Shown here: positions 1 to 12,615 of the stretch, piece after piece | Numbering within the stretch: position 1 is the stretch's first letter | Layout of the letters: each line of letters begins with the position of its first letter | Source of the DNA: Cirrosporium novae-zelandiae | Taxonomy: Eukaryota | DNA length: 64,000 bases | Direction of reading: 5' to 3' | Assembly: GCA_026023565.1 (NCBI GenBank) | Contig: JAPETS010000035.1 | Location: 1 to 64,000, forward strand | The notes under the pieces: generated by a model | Seen by the model: only the letters and a program-made list of their open reading frames with translations | What the model was told of the DNA's origin: nothing | Databases searched by the model: none | Position numbers and translations under genes: made by a program

Positions 1-894
1 TTTATTTATTTATCAGTTCAAAGTTACCAAAATTACCAAAATTACCAAAAGAGTTTGATTTGGTTTCTTTTTCTTTCTTTCTTTCTTTTTCCCATCTAAT
101 TATCTACCTCGGTCCCCCCCCCCCCCGGGTCCAGATTTCAAGTTAAATCCTTAAGTTGTTGCTTTTGTCATTATTATTGTTCGGAAGGAAGTAGTTAGTA
201 GTCAGTAGATCTAGTAGCTTCATTCAATATTTTTTTATTTTTTATTTTATTTTTTGGAATTTATTTACTATAGCAAGATCATCTAATAAACCTAACCCCC
301 TCCTTATATTTCCCCTCAGCCGTGAATCCAATACCAAACACCCGCACCTAAGCACCCAAGCAAACTAGAGTTACAATCAACTTTCTAGAATCGGGATAAT
401 AATAAGGAACCCCCCCCCCTGGCACGCTTTTTCAAATTTTTCGATTTTCGAAAGATAAATATAATACTTCGTAAAAGGGGTAAGTAATATATATTTATTA
501 AACGATCCAACGTACCCGAGTACCTCCTGAAATACTTTTTTTATAATAAACGTGTAACTAGGTACCTAGCTATAGAGAAGGAAGGAAGTCTGAAGATGTT
601 TGAAAATGTAACTTTTGGATTTGGATTTTGGGGGCCAGCTAGCTGGTCAGAGTACTTTCAATCTTTTATTCGTTTCATTCATTCATTTTTTGTTAAATCC
701 GTTTAATTCATACAATTAGATAGCTTTCATCGTTTACCTGCTTTAATCCGTATCTGTGTATCCAGACGTATCCCTCCCTCTCACCCTCCCCTGGTCTCCC
801 ACGAGCGAAGTCAACGCCGCCGTCCACAAAAAAAAAAAGGAGAAAAGGAAGAGAGAAAAAAATACTTTTTCCATCACTCATAGCAACATCATGC

Positions 895-1851
895 TCAGAA
901 GAACAAAAACCCAATAACCGCACCTCCCAAAACAAAAGTCCCCACAACCCCTTCCACCACCGTTAGCATATCCATCCTGCCCATCCCAGCAAGACTTGAT
1001 GTCCTGGTGCTTGTGCCCGTGGCGGCTGTCCCCGTGTTCGTTCCTGTCATCCCCGTCCCCGTTGTCATGGTTGTGGTGGCGGTAGTAGTGGAAGAAGAAG
1101 AAACGTTACCGAGAGTGAAATTGGTGCATGCGATGCGAGTGAGGTTTCGGGCATGGATAACGAGACTGAGGTTTCCGAAGAAGGAGACTGTGTCGGGGGT
1201 TGTGGAGAGGTAGTCGTCTAGGTAGCTGTTTTTTGTTTTAAAAAGGATTAGGGTTTGGAAACTTTGGTGGTGGTGGTGGTGGTGGGATGGGATGGGATGA
1301 GAGGGATATGACATACGTGACTTTCCAAGGCGTGGCGGTAATGTTCCCGTGTTTTCCTGATAGATCGCCTACTTGGCATGTAGAGGGGTCGCTGGCGTCG
1401 CAGGCGGGGGATTCCCCTCGGAGGTAGGGGTCTAGATGGGCTCCGGCGGCTGTGCAGTTACCGTTGGCGGGGATGCGATTCTGGTGGATGTGGTACACTG
1501 TTTTAGTGAGTAAGTCGGATTAGTTAGTCGAAGTATTTCGGTAAAGGGACTTTGTTTCTCGCGAGACTGAGAATAGGAGAAGATGCATGCATCTATGTAC
1601 ATACTGAAGGGGCCCTCGGTGTTGACGTCAGGGAGCCCAGTGATGTTGACGTTGAAGTTGGTGCCGGTGCCATTGGAGGCGCTGGTGCCGGACACGTAAC
1701 CACGGATTGTGGTCTCGGAGTTGTCAGGAAAGATGGCTGAGTATGTGACGCCGACGGCGTTGTTAGTAATGATGGGGGCAGGAGTTGCGGAGCGGCAGTT
1801 TTTGGCGGTTACGAGGAGGGATAGGAGAAGGATACTAGTGAGATGATACAT
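895..1851 (-). CDS. Secreted, GPI-anchored Cu-only superoxide dismutase (SOD5-like), 3 exons
   Basis: Signal peptide MYHLTSILLLSLLV. Spliced core GPFMYHIH..AGAHLDP..CQVGDLSGKHG..SLVIHA..RIACTN. Ser/Thr-rich stalk and hydrophobic C-terminus. GT-AG introns at about 1499-1603 and 1227-1317. Confidence 0.88.
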
Positions 1852-3021
1852 GATGGTAGAGTTGTAGGATGTTAGTTAGGAGATGAAAGTTGTATTGTAT
1901 TGTTTCGGTGAGATGAAATAGATTGCTAAGTTTGATACTTCCGAAAGTAATCAAGATGAGGATAAAGTTGGATGAGACACCGAGAGAGAAAATTTAAGAA
2001 GTGAATTGAGAACTGAGGCTGGAAAGCCTTGAGCAGGTCTGATAGAAAAAAGAAATCAGGTTCGAGCTGGAAATGACACATGTAATGCCATGTAATGCCA
2101 TGTAATACCTGGGGAAAAGCCAGTCGCCAGTGTGATAGATCAACCTTGTGCGACCCTATGGAGATTCTAAACAACAAACAAGCTTAAATCAGTCGTAGCA
2201 AACATCGAAGCTTGTTGTTCTCATGTGGCTGCAGCGTTGGCTACAAGCGAAGTAACAAGTGAGGTAGCAAGTGAAGTAGCAAGGAATAATATTCGTGTTC
2301 AAGTATGTAGTCGAGAATTATAAGTTTGGCGTAACTTGGTTGGAAACTTGTCTGCTTTGTCAGCCTCATTCCCCGCTTTGAGGCTTCGGCCGAAATTTAG
2401 TTGCCAACTTGGTTCCAAATGCTTAACTTACTTTATATTTTGTGTATATCCACATCTTACTGTACCCTTTCTGGCTACCATCCTAACACCTTAGGTGTCT
2501 AGCCCCTACCTAGACTCTAGGTCTATAATCATCTTCCGTTTTTATGATTGGATCCAATGAGATCTACATCATTTACGTTGTCGAAGAATAGCCAGGGCTG
2601 AATTTGACGCATTGACTGTCCCGAAGCTTGCTGTATGAGAAGACATCATGATCGGGAACTGTTCTCTTATGTCTCTGGAACTGTCATCATATACGACTCA
2701 CCTCACCTAGTTTTCTTTACCCCTCTATACCCTCTTCGACTACCCATAGATACCTCAGCCCTAATTTTCTGTACATCCTTACCCCATATTCTTAACCGCA
2801 TTTGATCTACGATCATGGATAAACCGACTTCTCCCTCTCGTCCCCCGCTAAGCAATCGAACTTGGCTACTTTTTTTTAAGGTGTGGCTGAATCTTGAAAA
2901 ATGATATAGGACTGGTATCCGTGTGCATAAGTACCGAGGTAATTATGTGTTGTTGATACATGTAATTCTTGGTTATATTTGACTGGTTAGACTATCTGCA
3001 GGAAAGTAAATAGGGCCAGTA

Positions 3022-3060
3022 TTCACGTGACCTACAGGGGCTCACCAGGGACGTCACATG
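3022..3060. promoter_or_regulatory. bHLH/bZIP-type motifs (TCACGTGA, GACGTCACATG) upstream of the ethanolamine kinase
   Basis: E-box palindrome plus a CRE-like/CATGTGA-like motif about 600 bp upstream of the ATG. Function is inferred only. Confidence 0.3.
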
Positions 3061-3633
3061 CAAATTTCCGATCCCCAACGTTTGAGGATCTCCCTTGGCC
3101 CTGTCCCAACCAATTTCTCATCGGGCCATCAATGTAATAGGCGGTCACTGACGGCCCGTAAAACCCCTTAATCCCGTACGATCAAGGGACCACCTACCTC
3201 ACTATGCAGTGCCATGTCGCTAGTCGCTAGAAGAATTGGAAAAAAAAACCGCTGGCACGCGACTGGGAGGTTGGTTCCTAACCCATAAAACAGAAATCAT
3301 TGTTAATTACAAAGAGCGGCTCATTAACAGGTTAGAATTCTCTCAAGCAAAACAATACATCCATCACACAAGTAGTAGGTTATCTCCAAAGATCTTTCTG
3401 ATATCTCGCCATTCGGTAGCTCTTCTCCGTATGACGTGCCTTGTAGGCTCCCCTCAAGGGGAAGCCATCAAGGTGAACATGTCCCGCTAGGCCACAATAT
3501 TGTACTGATGCGACAGACTTCTACAGTTCCATCGCAAACAATTTTCAAGCAACAACCTATTGCTTGCGAATATAACTATCCTCGTTTCCTTGTCCTAAAA
3601 CCTTCTTGGTCTATGGCCTCAACTTGAGCAAGC

Positions 3634-5096
3634 ATGTCCTCAACTACTACTCCCAATATGTTAGATACCGTTCGATTCATCCCCTTCTCATACAACAATG
3701 CAGACTCTCAATCTTCGGCCCTTCGTCTAATCCTATCTTTGTTTCCTGACTGGGAACATGCCGAAGGCGAAATCGAGTTTGTTCGATTCACCGACGGAAT
3801 TACGAATACGGTGAGTGGAGTAGACTTTTGTGTTGAATATGAAAGTGGGACTGATAGTTATATATTACAATAGCTCCTAAAAGCAATAAAGAAAAAACCT
3901 GGTTATAGTGATGAGCAAATAGACAATGAAGCCGTATTACTGAGGGCCTACGGCCAGGGTACAGACATTCTTATTGATCGCCAAAAAGAGGCACTCAACC
4001 ATACGTTGTTATCTGAACTGAACCTTGCTCCTACACTCCTGGCTCGGTTTCAGAATGGACTGTTATATAGATTCATTCGCGGTCATCCATGCTCACCAGA
4101 CGATTTGAGGCGTGAGTCGGTCTGGAGAGCTGTAGGACGCAGGCTCGGCCAATGGCATGCTGTAATTCCCATTCTGCAGTCTCCTGCCTCAATACCTACG
4201 TCTGATCAAGATGGACTGGCCTGCCGCGACCCCTTGGAAATCTTGGAACATCCTCACCCCAATCCTATCTCACAAGATGCAATTAACACCGTAACACCTG
4301 ACAAGCCAGTTCCCAATGTATGGACAGTAATGCAAAAGTGGATATATGCCTTGCCCGATGGAACCAAGAAGGATCAACTGAGAAAGGAGAGACTGCAGAA
4401 AGAACTTGTTCGGAATATTAGAGAACTAGCATCTCGGCCAGGCTTGGGAAAGGACGGCGTAAAGTTTTCTGGACAGCCCTTATGTGAGACCTATTTTGCT
4501 GAGACTTTATATTCTAGCTGGTTGTCGGACATTGCGATCTCCTGAGCGGTAATGTGATTATACTCCCTCGTCAACATACTACAGACACAAAAGAAGGTGA
4601 AGATACGGTCAATTTCATTGACTATGAGTATGCCACCCCTGCACCGGCTGCTTTCGACATCGCAAATCACTTTGCCGAATGGGGCGGTTTTGACTGCGAC
4701 TATAACGTTCTACCTACTCGATCGCAACGCCGTGCTTTTCTGGGAGAGTACCTCAATAGCTATAACAAGTTTTTAAATGGCGAGAAAAAGGAAGTTCCTG
4801 AAATATCGTCAGAAAAATTGCAACAAATTTTTGACGAAGTTGATATTTTCAGAGGCATGCCCGGCTTTTATTGGTGAGTTTAATCGATATCATAGTCTAA
4901 AGCTAAGAGGTTTACTAACAATTTCAGGGGCATTTGGGCGCTTATACAAGCACAAATATCCCAGATCGACTTTGACTATGCTTCCTATGCTGAGGTTAGA
5001 TTAGCAGAATACTGGGCTTGGAGAGGCGAGCCTGGCACTGGGAAAGAATATGAAGCGGCGCTTCTGCGAGAAAGGCGCTGGGCGCAGGAAGAATAA
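3634..5096 (+). CDS. Ethanolamine/choline kinase, 4 exons
   Basis: FTDGITNT|LLK, LLRAYGQGT, Brenner motif HCDLLSGNVII, FIDYEY, DIANHFAEW, GFYW|GIWALIQ. Canonical introns at about 3811-3873, 4459-4517 and 4874-4928. Confidence 0.92.
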
Positions 5097-5548
5097 ACAC
5101 AGAACAACAAAGGGATGGTTGGGTTTGGACAGTCCTCGTAGAGTTGGTTTCAGTAGCACGAGGGTAAGTTATATTTCTGTTCGGACAGGATTCTGTGATT
5201 ATTCGATGAGCATTCAGCACAAATGGCGACATTTGGATTGGTTAGGGTGGCAAAGTCTGGTATCTGGTGGTCTACTCTGTCCTCAACGACAATGCTTTCC
5301 TCGGTATTATAATACTGGCTCAAGTACTTATACTTGGTTGTACTTGGATTATGTTTGGAGAGTATTTTGTAATTAAAGGTGAAACCTTTCGATTCTCATT
5401 TAAATCAAACTACGGATTCTTCAAGAAGTTCTCAGCTGGGGATAGAATAATCAAATCACCAGATAGATATCTTTTAAGAGATTCTATTATAATTAATAAC
5501 CAAATAATAAAAACATATCATAGACACTCTTGTTCAGATCCTCATAGA

Positions 5549-5602
5549 TTAGGGCTTAAGCGAAGCTGAGATAAGCTTTGCCCACTACCCGGGATTCGGT
5601 CA
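5549..5602 (+). promoter_or_regulatory. Ribosomal-protein promoter motifs (TTAGGGCT; Homol-D-like CGGTCACA)
   Basis: TTAGGGCT at 5549-5556 and CGGTCACA near 5597, 115-170 bp upstream of the RPL1 ATG. Both resemble motifs known from fungal ribosomal protein promoters. Confidence 0.45.
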
Positions 5603-5716
5603 CAACTTTTCTCAAACTTCACCTACTCCATCAACTTGACAACCAACAAAACTCGACAACTGCCCCAATCCTCACCATAAGGAATCTAGTATTTCTTCTG
5701 GAAGACTGCTGCCAAG

Positions 5717-6668
5717 ATGTCAAAAATCAGTGTCGCCGGAGTCCGGGCAGTGAGTTTGAAGGCTTTTTTTAATTATGAATGAGCGCGCCATTCTAACTAG
5801 TCCTGTGTACAGAATGTCCAGGAGCTCTTGACCTATTCCAATGAAAGTATGTTACACCCTTGGGGATTGAAGGCTGTGGAGGAAGCTATTGATTGCTGAC
5901 TTTTGTATCTATATAGCCAAGAAGAGGAACTTCCTCGAGACCGTCGAACTCCAGATCGGCTTGAAGAACTATGACCCTCAACGTGACAAGCGTTTCTCCG
6001 GAACTGTCAAGCTTCCCCGTGTCCCTCGTCCAAACATGAGCGTCTGTATCCTCGGCGACCAGCACGATATTGATCGAGGTATGCTAACCCCTTCAGTCCT
6101 AAGGACTATAAAAAGGAAAACGAGAAAATAAATCAGATTGCTGACTTTATACAATTCCAGCCAAGCATTTCGGTGTCGATGCCATGTCTACCGACGACTT
6201 AAAAAAGCTCAACAAGAACAAAAAACTCATTAAGAAGCTCGCCCGCAAATACGATGCCTTCGTCGCCTCTGAAACCCTCATCAAGCAGATTCCCCGTCTC
6301 TTGGGTCCCGGTCTCTCCAAGGGTAAGCCTGCCTTCTAATTCCATCCCCCCTCCACCCAGACCAAAACCCCAGTACTAATTAAAAAAATTTCCCCCTTGG
6401 AACAGCTGGAAAATTCCCCACCCCAATCTCCCACGCCGAAGAACTCAGCGCCAAGCTCACCGACGTCAAATCCACCATCAAGTTCCAGCTGAAGAAGGTC
6501 CTGTGCCTGGGCGTCGCCATCGGGAACGTTGGCATGACTGAGGACGAACTCATCGGAAACATCATGTTGGCTATCAACTACTTGGTTTCCCTGCTGAAGA
6601 AGGGCTGGCAGAACGTTGGAAGCTTGACTGTCAAGGCTTCCATGTCTCCTCCTAAGCGTTTGTACTAG
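5717..6668 (+). CDS. RPL1: 60S ribosomal protein uL1 (L1/L10a), 5 exons
   Basis: [72 protein letters not shown]. Confidence 0.97.
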
Positions 6669-7376
6669 ATGTGTGTGTGTTTTTTTTCTGGTGGAAGTAG
6701 TAGGGTGGGGGCGAATAGAAAAAAAGGGCCTGCACAATTTTATGGGACTTGTGTTCGGTCAACTATAGCCCGCTTGAATTAGGCTTCTGGAAAAATTTAC
6801 CATGATCAAAATAAAAAATGACAATGAAATACCCTAGTACATGTCTTTTTTGATGTTGAAATTGTAAATAAGCACGTACTTCGTAGCTAAGGCGGTATTT
6901 ATATACCCACTTACCTACTCACCTACAGAATAACCTCAATACAAATTTAATTAATTGTTTTTTTTTCTAAATAAATTTCCATCAGGAAAATAATCACTTT
7001 CATTTACATCAAATCCTATCTAGACTTAAAAAACTATCCGACGCTTTTCAAAAAAGAGATGCTTCTGGGAATCAATATACCTAGTAGGGGGGAGGGGGCA
7101 ATAAGAAAAAAATGCCCCATTAGATAGACACGTGCGTAATACTAGGGGGTATTTAAAACAAACAAGACTTTTTTGTGCATTTAGTGGTTGGTTACTGGCT
7201 CGCTGATAGAAGGAGTTACAGTCATTGTCAAAAAGTTTGTCGGTTTCCCTTTCCTCTCTTTTTAGATATTTAGCATCCTAGTCCCTCATATTCTTAAGCC
7301 AATTTTGACGGAGAGGATAGGATTGATAGATCATCGTTATAAAATCGGCATGTATTAGTCATTTAGTCATTTCAGT

Positions 7377-10300
7377 TTATTTTGACTTCGGAGGAGTATC
7401 AAGCAGCTCAAACTTCAATTTCCGCTTCCCGGTAGTCTCCTCCTTGATGTCGCAGATCCGCACCAAAACCTTATCGAAGAGGCGAATGCACGCCTGTCTC
7501 GAACCAGATATCTGTAGCGTATAGCTATCGGCATCGAAATCCGCTTCGGGCTCTGGATTGGCGAGGTCCCTGAGTCTGATTAGGCTTTCGACCCCGAAAC
7601 GGGGTACGAATACCACAAAGCCGTTTGAGAAAATCTTCATGACGAATCCCTCCTCGTCGATGATTTTGCCCTTGAGTGCTTGGCCGACGTAGTATTCTAT
7701 GCTGGCCCGTCCAGCCATCTGGGCGTTTCGGTGTCTGATGTTAATATTCTTGCAGACTCCTTCGAGCTTTCCTCGGCTGTGTAGACTGGAATCTAGCTGT
7801 TCGTAGTCGATGGCAGCGGCAAGCTGTCTGTGGGCTACTAGATCGGCATAACGCCTGATAGGACTGGTAAAGTGCGTGTAAATTTCGGAAGCAAGCCCGT
7901 AATGGCGGAATTCTGGATATGCTTGGGTGCCCGAACAGAAGTATTCTGCTGAAGTCATGCAGCGTGTAGCTAATATTCGCACGAGTGTGTTGAAAAATGG
8001 ATCTTTCGGATCTACGCAGGTATCAAGGGAATCTGCTAGTGCTTTGGAGGTGTCTGTGTGGAGTTCTATGCCTTTCATAACTTTTAACTGGTTCTGAAGT
8101 CCCTCAAAGTTGTTCTTTGGTGGCGTTGCGTGGCGACGAAGCATTGCTGTCTGTGGAAAGGACTGATATATCTTTCCAGCAACGCTAATATTTGCAAGCA
8201 ACATGAATTCCTCGACGAGAGAGTTTGTGTCCAAAAGGGCCTTGGTCTTGACGTCCGCAGGATCTGAAGTCTCTGATTCAGTTTCTACTCGTACTTCAGG
8301 ACTTGATAGATTGAGAGCTCCAGCTTCCATGCGCTTTTTGTTTAACTTCTTAGAGAGCATTAGGAGCGTTCTCAGTCCTTGAGTGAGCTCATCATTCTGA
8401 GATTTGTCATCGATCCGCTTTTGGGCCTGTTCATAGCTAAATGCTTCTCGGGAACGTATCACGGATTTTGTGAAGGCAACATTAACGATTTCTGCGTCTG
8501 ACGTAACCTCCCAAATCGTAGAAAACGCAAATCGCTCGACATAAGGTTGTAAAGAACAAAGATCCGTGCCTAGAAGCATAGGCAACATATCGATACGCTT
8601 GTCGACAAGGTATACGGTTGTACCCCTAATGCTAGCTTCAGCATCCATCGCATTATTCGGCTTAACGAAATTGGAGACGTCCGCAATATGAACTCCAATC
8701 TCGAAATTCCCGTTTGGCAACGGCCGCGCATGCAACGCATCATCAATATCTTGACATCCCGGTGGATCGATACTGCAAATAAGCAAATCTCTTAGGTCTT
8801 TGCGGTTTATCCAGCCTGGATCGTTCTTGTCGGTTGGAACTACCCAATCATGGCCTTCTGGTGGTAAACAGTCGAGAACAGCTTTCGGAAATGGTCGGTA
8901 TTGCACATCATATTCGAGCAGCAGAGCCTCAGTTTCAGCACCTTTACTCTCAAGCTCTCCAAGTGTTCGGACATAGTGTCCTATAGGATAGCGCGTTTCT
9001 CTATCCCAAGAATCAATGGTCACAAGAACGCGATTGCCAACTAGCTCGTCTGCTTGGCGGGTACGGATCCGAATTTTGGGAATGCGCTTGTCCATGGGAA
9101 TCAAAAAGACAGTTTGTTGTCTCCTCCCATGGCCGGCGGAACCACTTGCGGAGCCAGCATCAACATGTCCAACATATTGCCGCCAGTTGCGCTTCATAAT
9201 CCCTACGACTTTTGCTGTTGGCTGAGGCTGGCCTTCTATACTTTTACCTTGCGTTTTCTTGACCTCTTCCTGTAACGCTCTGCGTTCTTGCTCCGTCACA
9301 ACGGCTTCTGTTTCTTCAGTTTCCGCATTATCATTTCGATTCAGGGTTTCATCTTCAATTATTTTGGTAGAGGGAGCTTTCCATTGGTCCTTTGGTAATA
9401 CTTCCACGACAACAGTATCACCTTGTACAGCCCGATTACTGTTTTCTCGGCCTAGTATCAACAATGAGCGTTCAAATGCGGGAACATGTACGGAGCCTTC
9501 AAGATAATTGTACGGAGAAACGCTAAAGGATCCTTGATGTAATACTCCAGCTTTAATGCCAGTCAACATCTTCGACATGGAGAGGTATTCAGGATACAGA
9601 AGTTCTGCCTTTGTAGCTCGAGCTTCCTGTCCTTTTTGACTTGCACTAATCATATCGAGTAGACGATCTGCATCTTTGAGTTCTGATACGTATTCAGATA
9701 GGCCATATGCGACTAATCCCTCCTTCTTAGCCTTTCGCAGGTTTTCCTGGTCGTCGCTTAGCATCACAATTGCAGGGTTTTTTCTTGAATTTTTATGCAC
9801 TCCAGAACTGCTCTTAATTGCCTGTGCTAAATGATCTTTATACCATCGAGTCGCTACTCTCACTGCTCTATCATTGCGGTCATTGATAGTTTCGCCTTGT
9901 TCGCGTGGGGTATGTGTTTCGAGTCGGAATTCATTGAAGAAAAGATAGAATCGTTTATCTTCGCTCTTCGTAAGGCCTATTAACCTGTTGTATAAGGGTA
10001 ATGACCTGTTTTTTAGCTCTTCCAGCACGGTTTGTAGAATTATCACATCATAAAAAGCAGAACTCTGTTCAAATACGTCCATAGCATTTATTAGAGCGTT
10101 CGTATCTGGGATTATATAATGACCATTTGGAAAGATCTTCGTCTTTTCTGGATTTTCAGATAAAATAAAAGGATGGACTGTATCAATTATCCTAGTTAGT
10201 AATTGGATAAACTAGTTCTCAGAACACCTAGGAATCCTACCTCTGCCACTCGCGTCTGCCGGCGCAGTTGACAGGCATAATGAGCATAGCTTTGATGAGC

Positions 10301-10436
10301 ATGGTATATCTTGCCTAAGATAGAGCTCCCTCACGATCTTCTGCACTCTGCCGTTCTTAGTTGACCTAACATAAGTCTTGCTTGAGATATTAGGCGCATG
10401 AGGCCCAGAATCTAGAGGGCGTTTGAGGCTTGTCAT
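7377..10436 (-). CDS. DIS3: Exosome catalytic subunit Dis3/Rrp44 (CR3, PIN, CSD, RNB, S1), 2 exons
   Basis: YLRQDIPCSSKLC (CR3), PDTNAL and INDRNDRA (PIN), SIDPPGCQDIDD and HFTSPIRRYAD (RNB). Intron at about 10179-10239. Confidence 0.97.
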
Positions 10437-10755
10437 ATTATTAGGATAAATCTGAAATAGGTCTAAACACAACTGTTAGGGAGTAGTTGTGAGGAAGCAA
10501 GTAACTACATCCAAAAGTTCGTGTGTAGAATGCGATAGGACGGATATTCGTGTAAACCTGCCGAATTTGATTCTCCGACTTCCCTAGGTAATGATAACCG
10601 ACCAAGGTACTTGGTGCTTGGACATCTCCGTGTCTGTCACCAACATCCTTAACCTTCTCGTAGATATATTTCTATTTCTTATCAAGTTCTGGAGGACTTC
10701 TAGATTTTCTACATTTTATCTACTAGCTAATCTTTCAACATTCAATATATCCACC

Positions 10756-12120
10756 ATGGCAATTGCTGTAAGTTAAAGTTGGGCGAGAAGTTGAGAGCAC
10801 AAGACTATCATTATAAGGTGTTGAAGAGAATTAATAATCACTTGTTATCTCATTCATTCCTTTGAGTCATTTACGCTTCCTTTCTGCCAATTTCTAGTGC
10901 AGGCCATCTCTGTAATTGTCTGGTCATCTGAATCGGGATCATTCCCCTCCATTCAGCAATCCTTTCAGAAGGTCAAATATCAAGTGGTGGAATATTTTCT
11001 ATGAATGTTTCATAATGATGCGTGGGGTGTTCAGATGCCTAATTGACGACTATTTCATTTTTTATGCAAGATGTAATGCTGACTTCTGAAAGGCTGTCGG
11101 TCAGCTATGCTCAACAGCAAGCATGGCACATAATCTCAAACAATGTCAAGTGCTAGTGCATAAAGCTATAGCCGCAGGAGCAAAGGTTCGCGCATCCATA
11201 GAATTGCTAGTGATTAGCCCATTAACCTGTGTAGGCCAATATAGGCCTTGTTTCTCCCTGAAGCCAGTGACTACATTGCACATTCTTCTGCCGAAACAAT
11301 TTCGCTTGTCCGCTCAGTCCATGAAAGTGAATTTGTTCGTGGTCTCCAGGATGAAGCTAGGAAATCTCAGATGCATATAAACGTAGGTATACACGAACCA
11401 GCAGAGGGTGGTGAAAAGGTCAAAAATACTCTCATCTGGATTGATGGAAACGGAGATATTATCCAGAGATATCAGAAAATCCACCTGTTTGACGTTGAGA
11501 TCAAAGGTGGCCCTGTTCTGAAGGAGAGCAGGTAAGTTCCTACTTCTAACTTATGAATATATCTGATAAAAGTGGTAGAAGCGTTGAGAAGGGCATGAAC
11601 ATTATTCCTCCGTTCCAAACACCAGTCGGTCGGGTGGGACTTGCCATCTGCTTCGATGTAAGTCTGAATTGATCTTGTTTCATTAGTCATATACTAACAT
11701 ACATAAGCTTCGATTTCCAGAGATCAGTCTAGCCTTGAAGCGCCAACACAGTCAAATAATTACTTATCCATCGGCATTCACTGTTCCTACAGGCAAAGCT
11801 CACTGGGAGCCATTGCTAAGGGCACGTGCTATTGAGTCACAGAACTATGTTGTTGCTGCCGCCCAAGCTGGGGCACACAATGAAAAGAGGGTGAGCTATG
11901 GCCACTCTATGATAGTTAGCCCCTGGGGCGAGATAGTTGCACATCTAGGCGGAGAAGCAGGAGAACCAGAAATTGCGACGGCAGATATTGATCTTGGACT
12001 TGTTGAAAAGATCAAAACGGAGATGCCTCTATTGCGGCGGACGTGAGTTATCTCAGTCTTGATGCCTTTGTTCTTATGACTGATTTCGGTTCCATTAGGG
12101 ATATATATCCAGAAGTCTGA
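10756..12120 (+). CDS. Nitrilase-superfamily amidase, Nit1/deaminated-glutathione amidase type, multi-exon
   Basis: MAIA|AVGQL, LFLPEASD, YQKIHLFD, GLAICFD|LRFPE (E-K-C triad), YPSAFTVPTGKAHWEPLLRARAIE, SYGHSMIV, ending RRTDIYPEV*. Confidence 0.92.
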
Positions 12121-12615
12121 TATAGTCACTAATACTAACGTTTACAGCATGGTGGAGATATAGGAAGAAATTTCAAAGGTGGAAGAATATTTATCCTCGA
12201 TATGTTGTAGATAGACGGACACTGAATATGAATACTACAACATCTCTCTAGGACTCAGTAGATTGATTTGGACTTTTAGATCGCAGAAACCTTCTGGTTC
12301 AGATTAAAGTCATCGGGGACGATTTCCTCTTATGCAGCTGCGATGTCGGGCCGATGCCCCCCGCTCTTAACCGAGTCCCCTCCGAAGGTGTTTGAGGGGT
12401 TGTGGTGGCAGTGAGTGGTTAAGTGATGCAAATTTCTCCACAGCGATAAGACCCTGGTTGAGAATCCTGCATCTCATCAACGCCGTCAGTTCTTTCAATC
12501 CTCACTAACCACTGTTTGTTGCGCCTTAAAACCGAGAGCTTTCCAGGTACGCTGTTGCTCAATGTATACTGCCTCACTGTCGCCCTTTGATCTGTTCGTC
12601 GTCTAACAATCAAGA

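Noticed and set aside
11015..11082. Possible C/D snoRNA (ATGATGC..CTGA) in the Nit1 intron
   Set aside because: The C box is imperfect, the CTGA is the branch point, and no rRNA-complementary guide was recognised.
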